From NCBI GenBank assembly GCA_964016885.1, contig OZ024743.1, forward strand, positions 77,500,001-77,564,000: DNA of 64,000 bases, given 5' to 3'. The stretch's first letter is position 1. Every line of letters begins with the position of its first letter. Positions 13,077 to 24,843 of this stretch are shown here, piece by piece. The stretch is from Eledone cirrhosa. Its lineage: Eukaryota. The translations under genes were made by a program, and so were the position numbers. Below the pieces are notes generated by a model. That model ran no database searches and was not told where the DNA came from. It saw nothing but the letters and a program-made list of their open reading frames with translations.

Positions 13077-13906
13077 CTAAGAGGTGCATAGCTTCAATAA
13101 TAATTACTGATTTGGTATGTAATAACCTGTCCACCATATGTTAAGTGATGGTGATAATTGGTTTGATTCCCAGACTGGGTGACACATTTTGTTTTAGAGG
13201 GGTCAGAAAGACCCTTTGGTCAAGTTTGTGACAGCTTCCCTAGGGTTGGTGATCTACACAAAACAATGTACCCAATACATGCATAAATCTACCCATACAA
13301 AGCCTGCCAAACAAAAGGTTGGAAGAACGCTTCAGTTTTGTCAAAGACATGACAACCTCCTCAATAAAATGTAAGACCATATGTAAATGAGATGCAGACC
13401 TCCCGGCCTCTCTGGGAGGTCAGGAGCCCCACTTCAGTATTGACTTGGACTATGTAGACCTATCCAACCCCTGCTAGCAGTGGAAAGTGGGCGTTAAATG
13501 ACAACGGCGATGAAGGCATTTCATTTCACATTGTTCTGGTCCACTCAGCTGAAAATGAGTACCAGCAGTAGTTGGGAGTTAACTTTATGATGGACTGGCA
13601 TCCCGTCCAGGGGCAGTCATGTATTCTCAGTTGCCTAACCTCAAAGTAACTGAGATAAGTTCTGGGCTTCATCCTGTCCATGCAAACATGGAAAAAGTAA
13701 AACAGTAACTCTAACACTGATGCTGTTGTTGTTACTGCTGTAGTTGTTGTTGTTGTTACTGTTGTTGTTGCTGCTGTTCTTGTTTCAGCTGTAAGTTGTT
13801 GTTACTGTTGTTGTTATTGTTGCTGCTGCTGTTGTTATTGTTGTTACAGTTGTAGTTGTTGTTGTTACTCTTGTTACAGCTGTAGTTGTTGTTGTCTATG
13901 TTGTAG

Positions 13907-13985
13907 CTGGTCTATTGATGAGAGATCTTCGTCGCAAAGAACGCAAGAAACCTGGTCAACCAAAAGCTAGGAAAAAGAGTACTTG
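13907..13985 (+). CDS. MRPS9: MRPS9 penultimate coding exon
   Basis: ttgtag|ct...tg|gtaagt, 79 nt; [26 protein letters not shown](W) fits the S9 C-terminal motif AGLLT.D.R..ERKKPG...AR. Confidence 0.98.
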
Positions 13986-14350
13986 GTAAGTAACATGTCT
14001 TTGGGACAAATATTGTTTTGAAAACTATCAATACTCACTCGAGTGGTTGACTCCATTGTTATAAGAACCCTTTCATCACCATATTTCCAATGAAATACAC
14101 TCTATGTCAATTAATTAGTTGAAGAATTAACTAAAATTATCAATTATTCGATTACTAACAGAGTAACTTAACATATGGTTCTTATATAAAATTAATAATG
14201 TTAAGGTATTGTTTTCAAAATAAATACTTTCAAAATCTCATAGATTCGATGTTATATGAGATAATTATGTGAGGTAAAGCCTTTACCATGAAAATATAAT
14301 AGTATATATAGAGTAATGTAAATGCTCTGTATTTTTTCATTGTTTTCCAG

Positions 14351-14363
14351 GAAAAAGCGATGA
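14351..14363 (+). CDS. MRPS9: MRPS9 last coding exon
   Basis: tttccag|g aaa aag cga tga completes WKKR*, the conserved S9 C-terminus. Confidence 0.95.
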
Positions 14364-15360
14364 AAGGGTGTTTCAATCTTTGGATTATTAGACATCATAC
14401 CTTATTGGTTTCAGAATGAAAGTTGTAGTTATGGCATTTATATATAAAAATATAATTGAAATTGAATATTTGTGTTATTCTTTTTTCCTTTTCTTTAATA
14501 CAAGCAATCAGTCAATTATAATACTTTTATAGTATTATAATTTTTTTTTCAACATGCTGACGTGTGTATAAGTATATTATTGTAAACGCGCAGACGCACT
14601 TACAAAAATACACACTCACAGACATACATTTACACAAACACAGACACTCACACACAAGTGTCATGAATGTTAGGCGCTGTTTTCTGTAGTTTGTCATCAC
14701 CCCTTCCTTCCTCAGTCATCTCTATTATGTGATGTCATCACCCCTTCCTTGCTCAGTCATCATCTAGTGGACGGACGGAAGGAAGTCACTCAAATTCATA
14801 TATAGATAGAAAAGCGGATGTAAAATGATGATGATACACATACATATATTAAACATACACACACATATTAACCACACACATTAACCAAATATATGCATAT
14901 TAAACATACACATATCCTCACTGTATGTGGTTAGCGTTAGTAAGGGCATCCAGCCAGAAACACTCCTATATGAGCAAGACACGGTCACATGTATTGTCCA
15001 ACCATATGCCAATGTGGTTCAATGGCAGGTTAATAAATTAACGAGCCAGAACATATATAATCAAGGTTTAGCAAATAAGAAAAAGTTTCAAAATAATACA
15101 TGTGTCCCTGGACGCTTTTTGCGTGTAGGGATATATACTTTATTATTATTATTCTCCTCTTGGTCGAGATAAAATTTGGTCGTTTTGACTGCTGCTATTT
15201 ATAGTGGTAGTAGACTGACCTCCCTGCCTCTGCTTCTATCTTTACACACGGCACTGGACAGAATTGCTTCCACATCATTCATTCTCATCTCGGGAACAAT
15301 TTTGAATAGCGCCAGTTCGTAATTTGAACTCGGGAATTTTATATTCTCCGAGTGAAAAGA

Positions 15361-15447
15361 ACCGTCTGACGAGAGTTTAACTTTTCAATGGAAGGCCGCA
15401 AGGACTGTCCATTTATTTTTGAGACTCGAAACCGATTCGGTAAAGGT
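15361..15447 (+). ncRNA. Type I hammerhead ribozyme motif with extended stem II
   Basis: accgt-CTGACGA-gagttt[...]agactc-GAAA-ccgattcg-GTA-aaggt. Confidence 0.75.
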
Positions 15448-15589
15448 AACCATAGTGAGTACAGTGAATTTTTTGAAATTTATCTTGAAACTTTTTCTTA
15501 TTTGCTAAACCTTGATTATATATATATATATATATCGCCTGATAAAATGCTAAAAAATGAATGTGAGGCTCGAATGTGGCTCTTTAAAC

Positions 15590-17015
15590 CAGCCAAAGAC
15601 TTGCACCCTCTGGCACACACATGGCAACTGTAGGATCCTCTGGGACTTTTCATTGCTTGGTTCTCACTGTGTTCTCATGTCTTTTAAGACCTTTCATGCT
15701 TGCACATTCGTTGCCACATTCCTTACACCTTTTCAGATCATAATCTACACGAGGTCTACTGATATGACTTTATTTACGTTTAATCAAACCAGCTTTGCTC
15801 AGGTAGATTCGACCACAGTGCTGGCAAACCAGATGTTGCTCAACGGCTGGCAGTTCAGAACAGTCTATTTTCCTTACCTTCCTTTTCAGGGCAAGGTGTT
15901 CTCTCCGACGAGTTTCAAAGTGTTCTCTTCCTGACTTGATCAAACGTCTCCACTTCACACTCCTCAGCCATTTTCTCCCATTCGCCAGATGAAATTCCAG
16001 CACAAGCCAAGGTGCCCCTGATACAGTCCCGGTACCGCCTTTTTGGTTTGTGTGGTGGTCGCCTTCTTTCGCACAGTTCACCGTAAAGTAATTGCTTTGG
16101 AATACGATCATCAGACATCTGGACCACGTGTCCGCACCACCTCAACCGGTGCCGAAAGACCATCCTCTCTATAGTCACACACCTGCTCCGTTCGAGAACT
16201 TCCAAATCACTGACGAACATTTTCCATCGCACCCCAAGTATGTTACGAAGTGATTGTTGGTGAAACCCCTCCAGTTCCTTGAGGTGCTTTCTGTATGTGA
16301 CCCATGTTTCACAAGCATAAAGCAAAGAGGAGACGACACAAGTCAGATACACTTTCCCCTTGGTTTTAATGGCGGTACCTCGTCTAGACCATAAACGTTC
16401 AAGCAGCCGTCCAAAAGCGTCACTGGCTTTCTTGATTCTTAAGGATATCTCATCTTCAAGTGTGCATTAGTTGGTCAACGTACTACCAAGGTAAACAAAC
16501 TCGTCAGCAACTTTTAGCCTCTTTCCGTACACATACACACTTGGTGTAGTGTATTCTTTCCCATGTGCTTTTCCAAGCTTATTGTGAGGTCCAAAGCGCT
16601 GCAAGCTTCAGAAAAAGAGTTCATAATATGCTGTATGTCACTATGTGGGTGTGCAAAAAGATCGCAGTCATCTGCATACAAAAACTCTCGGATTATAGAT
16701 GTTAATACTTTCGTACTTGCACCAAAGTGCCTGATGTTGAACAACCTCCCTGAAGTGCGATACCTGATGTAAACTCCACACAAGCAATTTTTCCTGAATG
16801 CCATGAGAAACACTATTGTAAAATATAAGGAAAACAAAGTTGGAACCGGAATGTCCCCCTGCTTCACTCCATCTTCAACTGATATTGGTTTAGATATGCT
16901 ACCACCAATACTGATCCAAGCTTTCCTGTCATCATGAAAAAGACGCATAATTTTCACAAACTTTGGAAGGCAGCCAAGCTTTTTCAAACTTTTCCATAAC
17001 AATTCGATTGGCGAT
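15590..17015 (-). mobile_element. 5'-truncated, frameshifted RTE-clade LINE (RT C-half plus C-terminal Zn-finger-like remnant)
   Basis: GVKQGDIPVPTLF, FLYADDCDL, LRWCGHVVQMSDDRIPKQLLYGEL; same family as 38938-42426. Confidence 0.93.
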
Positions 17016-17189
17016 GTCAAAGGTATTTTAACGTATTCACTTGTTGGTTTGTTTTCGGTCAGATAACAGCGGGGGATTCCTATAATTTAGCGTCTATTAT
17101 CGCTATCTCGGTCAAGTTGTCGCGTGTATCCATGCCTGTCAAACCGTCTGCCTGATGTCCACTGGCACATTGTTTGAAGTAAGCATTCT

Positions 17190-19150
17190 CATTAGGCGTT
17201 AAAACACCTTTAGCAAAGCTATTTTTTAAAGCACTAGATAAGTGTTTTCCTAAAGCCCACAGATACCACTCTATTTTTAACAGACACACTATAAAACTAT
17301 CCTACTCTACTACTATGAACATAGCACAAAATATATATAGAATTAATAATAGAAACTTAAATTTAAACCCTAACCAAAATAACCAAGATAGCAATAATAT
17401 TTCTAACAACAATATTCATAATAATAGTACCGTTCCTAATAACAACTCCAGAAAATGTAACTGTAGAATTAAATCAAACTACCCTTTACAAAATAATTGC
17501 TTAGACAAAAACGTAATTTATAAATGCACAGTTAAAACTAGAGACAAAATATTTAACTATATAGGTGCCACTTCTACAAAATTCAAAGAACGCTGATACA
17601 ACCACAAATATACATTTAATAGGTCCCATAAAAATTCTTCCACTTCACTTTCACATCTAATTTGGAATTTAACGGACAACAATATAGACTATTCAATATC
17701 TTGGGGAACGATTTCGAAAGCACCTGCATACCTAAATATGGCTTTCTCAAGAATCTGTTATTTGTGTATCGAGGAATTTATTTTATATAATTAACTGTCA
17801 AAACTCTATTAATTTAAAAACAGAATTTTCTACTTGCAGACATCGCCAAAATACCACTTTCCGAAGTATTTTTAATCTATGATATTCATTACACTTGACT
17901 ATATCTTATACACCTTTAAATGATCCTATTATTTACTGAGTTTTTCTTTAAAAATTAAAAATATTTTAAATGATCTTCCTTCTTAAATTTAGTATTTTTA
18001 CCATTTGATATTCTTTTCCTAATGATACTCTTCTTAATCTATTTTTTAGATGTAGATTGATACTCTTTAATTGACATTCTGAAAGATATCCTCTTTACGA
18101 TAGTTCTTCTAAATGCACTCTTGACTTATCTAATAATACATTTTTTCCTCTTTTTAATCTTCAAACTTTTCACACATCTTTCGACGTAAATAATATGTAA
18201 TTGAAATTCTCATCCTTGAAAAACATATAATATAAAATACCTTATAATCTCACACAAAATAATATATAATTTTCTCTACATACTTTCTAAGTAAATGAGT
18301 CATTAAATTTAATGGTTAGCAAATAATATTGGAGTTATCTTTTCCTCTACAATTGAGCAAACATAGATATGATAACTTGTATGATAAACTATATAACTTC
18401 ACTGAATTAACAATATTCTGAAAACATTTTCAATGTTGGAACAAAATATTTGAATCTACAAATTGTTCTCCTCTTACAACTTGAACTACGTCTTTTTCTT
18501 AATTTTTTTAATGTAAAATCAACATCCTTCGTAACTCATATGAGAAATATAAACAATTAATAATTGTGGTTTATTTCTATAAAATCACCAATAATACTTA
18601 TACTTGCACAATTATTAATCTATATAGATATTTATATACTTACAACCTGTTGTAATGTAATAAGATAAAATGTACTTACAACCATAATTCTTCATATAAT
18701 CTAATTGATTATATATACAATACATGATTATATATACTCATACATAGCTAAATTATTTTTTTTTAAATTCTGGAATCATATTCCACCATTCCTACAAACT
18801 GTTAATTCTTTTTAAATTAACGTAAATACAAGCTCTTCTTTCTTTCTCTTTCTTCTTCCTACCCTACACATACATACATATATCTTAATAATTATTTAAA
18901 TCTAAAAATAACTTTTTTTTCAGCCCTATACCTCAACCTCATTTGCAAACTCATCTTAATAATTTGAAATATTTTACTTTTCTTCTCTTTCCCTTCTTTC
19001 CTTTACTATCCAGGAAAAACTTGAACCGTTAAGATCTTCTTTCCGGATATATCAATATTTATAAAACAAACTTTGTATTTTATCTGATGAGTGCGTACCA
19101 AAGTTTTGGTACCCTTGAAATATATATAATAGAATAAATATAGTTTACAT
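17190..19150 (+). mobile_element. Penelope-like element 3' fragment (GIY-YIG, Nematis-like) with terminal hammerhead
   Basis: KCNCRIKSNYPLQNNCLDKNVIYKCTV...YIGATSTKFKER; long AT-rich 3' region ending in a hammerhead motif, then (TA)n. Confidence 0.8.
19076..19136 (+). ncRNA. Minimal type I hammerhead ribozyme motif
   Basis: tattttat-CTGATGA-gtgcgtaccaaagttttggtaccctt-GAAA-tatata-TA-atagaata; 8-bp stem I, palindromic stem III. Confidence 0.7.
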
Positions 19151-19639
19151 TTATCTAATATCATTGAATATATATATATATATATATATGTAAAGAAATC
19201 TACCAAAATATACAGTAGTGTCCAATCCGTATGAAGAACTCAATGTAATCCAAATATCATGAAAAGAGAAGATACATTCAAAAATTTTCGATGAAAATCC
19301 CAGGAAAACAGAGTCAAGATAAATTAATAAAAACAAAGAACAAGTTCCTTATATTAAAAAATTCATCATTTTACGATCGTTTCTAGGATATATATGTGTG
19401 TTGGTATGTATATCATATAGATCTATGTAAAAATATTTTACAAACTATCAGAGGAAATATACATACCTTCACATATATATGCTGTCTTCAGAAATAATTG
19501 TTTCTACTTTAGGCACAAGGCCAGCAAATACCCAGTGCATTACTGGTACTTTATTTTATCGACCCCGTAAGGATGAAAGGCAAAGTCAATGATATTTGTT
19601 TATTGAAAAAAACCAACAAAGATTTAATGTAATAGGTCT

Positions 19640-21785
19640 GTTTGGGAACAGGTTTTGAATTGACCAATAGAAAAAGTAGTAAGAGGAATAAAAATACGGC
19701 CATTGAGGAAATGAATGCTGACGGGCTAGGACAAGATTTGGTTGATATCCTGAACTTAGTGGTAGATGAAATGAACAATGATAGTGGAAAACCCATGAAC
19801 CTAAGATTTGTAGACAGGAAAAAGTTAAAAGAAACAACAGCTAAGGTAAACAAAGTCATCCCATACCTTGAGGCGAGGAACCTTCACCAATGCAACAATA
19901 TCCTCAAAGCAACAGCAAATGCGGTGAGGAAATTACTTGGCATAAAAACGAGAGGAAACAACAAACAAGAAAGATCAGAACCTTGGTGGAAGAAACGACT
20001 GAATGGTCAAATCAAAGAAATGAGAAAAGACATTGGAAAGCTTGAGTCCTTACTGAATGGGACATTACAAAACATAGACACTAAAGATAGATTAGAAATA
20101 AAGTACAAAAGTAGGGGAGGAAAAAGCAAAATATTATCATAGAAGAACTGAAGCAACGCATTGTAGCAAAAAGTGCAAAGATTAGGAGGTATGAGAACAG
20201 AGTCAGTCAGTATAGACAGAACCGCTGCCGTCCTTCTCCATTCTGTCCGCCGGGGCTGTGGGTGGGCCCCATCGCGTACCGTTGTGGCTGTTGTAGAAGA
20301 AACAGGAAGACAACATATCTACAGGTGCTGTTGCCATCTTCTCTCTAGCTGTATTTACTGTTGTAATAGCTGTTGGTATAGGTATACTTATTGTTGTAAT
20401 GTATATTGATGCTGTTGCTATCTTCTCTATAGCTCTACTTACTGTTGTAATGTATATTGATGCTGTTGCTATCTTTTACATACATATATATCAACGCTTA
20501 CGTGGACCTCTCAAAATTCTTTGGATTTTATAACCAGAAGATGTTGTTTGGACAGCTTGAAGGGAAAGAAAGCGGCAACGACTTGATCCCTGAGGCGGAA
20601 CAGACTAAGACATTCTGGAGAGGAATATGGGAGCAGGATGTTGAACATAATGGTCAGGCAGTGTGGATCGAGACAGTTCAAAAGGAAATTAGTGAACAAG
20701 CACACCAACAACCTGATTTGAGTATCACAGTTGAAACTCTTAAAGGGCAGGTCAAAAAACTAACCAACTGGAAATCACCAGGCCCAGATGGTGTGCAGGG
20801 GTATTGGATTGAAAATATAACATCTCTCCGAAACTGACAACCATGTTCAATGACTGCTTGATGTCGGGTGAGGTACCAGAGTGATTGACAAAAGGTACCA
20901 CAGTTCTGGTAATGAAAGACCGAATCGAGGGTAATGATGTTACCAACTATAGACCTATCACATGTCTGTCCGTAATGTGGAAACTGTTAACAAGCATTGT
21001 GTCTGAGGAAATCTACCATCACCTCCACATAAACAACTTGTTACCGGGCGAACAGAAAGGATGCCGAAAGAAGTCCCGTGGTACAAAAGACCAGGTACTT
21101 ATTGATAAGATGGTAAAGAGGAACTGGTCTTGCCATGGGTTGGATAGATTACAAAAAGGCATTCGACATGGTACCTCATTCTTGGAAAAGCCTAGAGATC
21201 TTCAGGGTGGCAGATAACATCATCCAGTTGTTGAGCAAAAGTATGAAGTCCTGGGAAACAGAGTTAACATCGGGTGGAGAATCCTTGGGAGGCGTGAAGA
21301 TCAAGAGAGATATCTTCCAGGAAGATAGTTTGTCCCCTCTGCTGTTTGTCCTTGCCCTGATACCCCTGACCGTTATATTGCGAAAAGTGAGAGCGGGATA
21401 TAAGTTGGGAAAAGGAGAGTTTACCATCAATCACCTCCTCTTCATGGACGATCTTAAACTCTTTGGGAAGAGTGAGAAGGAGTTGGATGTACTTGTTGAC
21501 ACTGTCCGTATTTTCAGCAATGATATATTGGTATTAATAAGTGTGGAGTCCTAGTGATGAAGAGGGGTAAATTGAGCAGAAGCAACGGAATCCAGGTACC
21601 AACAGGTGAGATGATAAAGGAAATTGACATTGAAGAAGGATACAAATATTTAGGTGTTCTGGAGGAAGATGACATCAAGAACAAAAAAATGAAGGAATTG
21701 ATAAGATCTGAGTACATTAGGAGAGTAAGGAGCGTATTAAAATCACATCTAAATAGTAAGGATGTCATAAGTGCAGTGAACAGGT
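19640..21785 (+). mobile_element. Degenerate R4/Dong-like non-LTR retrotransposon RT region, interrupted at about 20225-20528
   Basis: WKSPGPDGVQGYW, YRPITCLSVMWKLLT, EQKGCRKKSRGTKDQVLID, INHLLFMDDLKLF, YKYLGVLE; stops and frameshifts present. Confidence 0.85.
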
Positions 21786-21792
21786 TTATACA

Positions 21793-22773
21793 TGTTAGAA
21801 CATGTTTATGCAAAAGCACCTAGGTACGTTTCGCCCGAAAAGGGCTTCTCAAGGGCATACAAATCTAGAGAGTGTTCAATACAGAACCCAGAAGGGGTTT
21901 TAAGATGATAATCTCATCGAAGTTCATTTTTGATTCAAACAGACATGGTTGTTTGCATCACAGAGCAAGGGGGAGTAACTCTGACCGGTGTTTGAATAAG
22001 TGTCCCTAAATGGCTTATTATCCGATATGTTATTTATAGGTGCACTGTAACTAGCCATAATAGCGTCAAATATTGTATAGGGGCCACCTCTGGCTCGTTC
22101 AAAACTAGATTTCGAACGCATCTCCACATCACTCGCCAACTACATCACAACATTGAACAACTCCAACATCAGCTTCTCCACATACTGGGAAATTGTCAGC
22201 AGGGCAACACCTTACAACTTCAAGAGTAAGTGCCAGCTCTGTCTCATGGAGCTTTACCATATCGTAAGAGCACCCCTAGAGCTCATCAACAGCAGAGCAG
22301 AATCTGTGATAAACTGCAGACACAGAAAACAGCAGTCATTCTATGGTTGGACCCCGGTTGATACCTGAACACCATAAACCGGGTGCCCCTGCACCAAACC
22401 ATAACACGCCGGAGGGCAGGGCGCATAACTAAACATCTGTACACCAGCTATGCCTCTTAGATCCGGCCTGACTAAGTAGTAGTAGTGGCACCCATAAAAT
22501 AGTAGTGGAAAACAATCATCATGTGAACGGATAATAAGCCATTTAGGGACACTTATTCAAACACCGGTCAGAGTTACTCCCCTTGCTCTGTGATGCAAAC
22601 AAGCATGTCTGTTTGAATCAAACATGAACTTTGATGTGATTATCATCTTAAAACCCCTTCTGGGTTCTGTATTGAACACTCTAGATTTGTATGCCCTTTT
22701 CGGGCGAAACGTACGTAGGTGCTTTTGTATAGACATATTCTAACAAGTCTGTATTCTCCTTTGTAATCCTTTC

Positions 22774-22780
<7 letters not shown>
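21793..22780 (+). mobile_element. 5'-truncated PLE (GIY-YIG C-terminus) with inverted pseudo-LTR
   Basis: 21793-22024 is the reverse complement of 22528-22745; the core encodes YWEIVSRATPYNFKSKCQLCLMELYHI...INSRAESVINCRH. Confidence 0.85.
21816..21860 (-). ncRNA. Hammerhead motif with U3-A8 core variant
   Basis: Minus strand: gtatgccc-TTGAGAA-gccc ttttc gggc-GAAA-cgtacc-TA-ggtgc; the sister copy at 22689-22722 has lost the core by deletion. Confidence 0.55.
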
Positions 22781-22811
<31 letters not shown>

Positions 22812-22878
22812 GAAAGGATTTCAAAGGAGAATTTTTTAAGGGTATGTCAATATTTATTTATAAAACTAACCTATATTA

Positions 22879-22944
22879 TATTTTATCTGATGAAAGCGCA
22901 CCATAGTTTGCTTTGGTGGCCCTTGAAATATGTATAATGAAATA
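22879..22944 (+). ncRNA. Minimal type I hammerhead motif in a solo PLE terminus (about 22835-22990)
   Basis: tattttat-CTGATGA-aagcgcacca...tggtggccctt-GAAA-tatgta-TA-atgaaata. Confidence 0.7.
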
Positions 22945-23601
22945 AATATGGTTTTATAAATATAGTTTCCATTTGTTAATATATTGTATATTTACTCCAA
23001 TAATTTGTTGAGTGCTTTATATCAGTTATAAAAAATATGTAGCTTGTATCCCAACAAATTAAATATAACCTCTACATATATATATATATATATTTAAGGA
23101 GTCAATGCTACGGAGTACGAAGTTAAATTTGTGTGTGTGGGGAAGTTATGGGTGTGAATGTAGGTGTATATGGCACTTAATATATTAGTATATATACCAG
23201 TGTTTGTAAAATAGAATTTTTTTTACCTATTACTGTTTGTTGTGCTAAGCATAAGATATTTTAAGCAACAGGCGGATTGATACGTTTTTATTTTATTTTG
23301 ATATTGTAAGTGTACGTATGTGTGTATATATAATTTATTTATTGAAGTTGTATGTAAGTATGTTTGTGCCTGCCGACCGATGTGTATGAGCAGTTGTTTG
23401 TGGTGGTGATTATATTTCATGTATTTATAGTGGAATAGGTGGAGTGGGTAGCTACTGTTTATTAAACAATATAATGGGCCTGTTTGTCTTGGGTACCTAT
23501 GTGTGCTCAGAGGGATTTGTGGAGGCTGTTCACATGCAATTAGATATTGATATTTCTATAATGCCGTTATTGGAAAGATGTGGTGCGGACCTATTTAGGA
23601 G

Positions 23602-24804
23602 TATAGCGAAGAATACTGGGTTGTATGAATGTAACAAGGAATACATTGTTTGTGTAGATAATATTTAATTAACAATGGTAGATAGTATAGTTGTCATGTC
23701 AAAGAAATAGATGATAGAATGAAACAAAGTTAGTCGTTACCGTTTTGATTGCCAGGCAAACGCGGCTGGCAGAGGACGCCTGGCTAAGGCCAGCCAGGCG
23801 CCGGAAGGCCAAATGAGAGAGAGAGAGAGCCGAAGGCTATTCGTTTTATAGGGCTCTGACCGGAAGTTACAGAAAGGGTTCTACTTCCCGTCTAGATGTT
23901 AATCTATTGGGGTCACAACAAGGGAGACAACCGCTACACAACCTCCCGCCAGAATTTTAGGATTTAAAAATCGAATGAAAATATGTAGCAAGTTGGCGAG
24001 AATGTTGCAACAGGCATGAAAATTACGACAAAAGAATGTTTGCAAAAATCAATGATAGATATCAAGGTAGCCAACCGCTCTTGGCCAGAGAACGACTGGA
24101 CATCTATCTATCCATCACCCAAAGATACAATGTAATAAAGTAAGAGAAGGGCTCAAAGTTCAAATGTACACAATATAGTTCACAGGTGTGCAATCACATG
24201 ACAGCAGGAAAGAAAGTGTGTTCCAGAGAATGAATGCAGGTGGTTTCTGTTCTGTGGTATATCGTGAAATTTCCAACCTCCGAATGGATTTTCTCACAGG
24301 AAGAGTGCTGCAAAAATAAATTCTCTGGCTTTGGTTGTTGGTGAAGCTGTGTTGATGTTGTTGTCTCGCTGAGTGAGCGTATTCGGTGTTTAAATTCACA
24401 GTAAAAAAAAAATTTTTTTCAGAAAAAATGAGTTGCGCCAAGTGCTAGAAATAGCAGCCGAAGTTGATGGTGATGTTGAGAATGCGTTGACCTGGAAGGG
24501 TCAAGAGGCCAGCGACCAAAGAAATAAGCATTCTGAATAAATGCGCAGTTTTCAACGGCAAATTCACGTAGTAAATTTTTAAACCGGCAAATAGGAGAAT
24601 ATAGCTTAAGGCTGAAGAATCCTTGGCGAGAAACGTTATCTCTGGCGTGCGGCTATCTCTGTGAGTCGAGAATTTGTGCTGCCTACACGTGCCAATACAA
24701 GGTTGAAAAAATAATATTTCTAACGCGCGAGAAAATGATAGTGCAAGTGTGAAAGTGACAATGATGAAAAAGAAAGGCTTCACTCAGCATAATTATTGGT
24801 GTGA

Positions 24805-24843
<39 letters not shown>

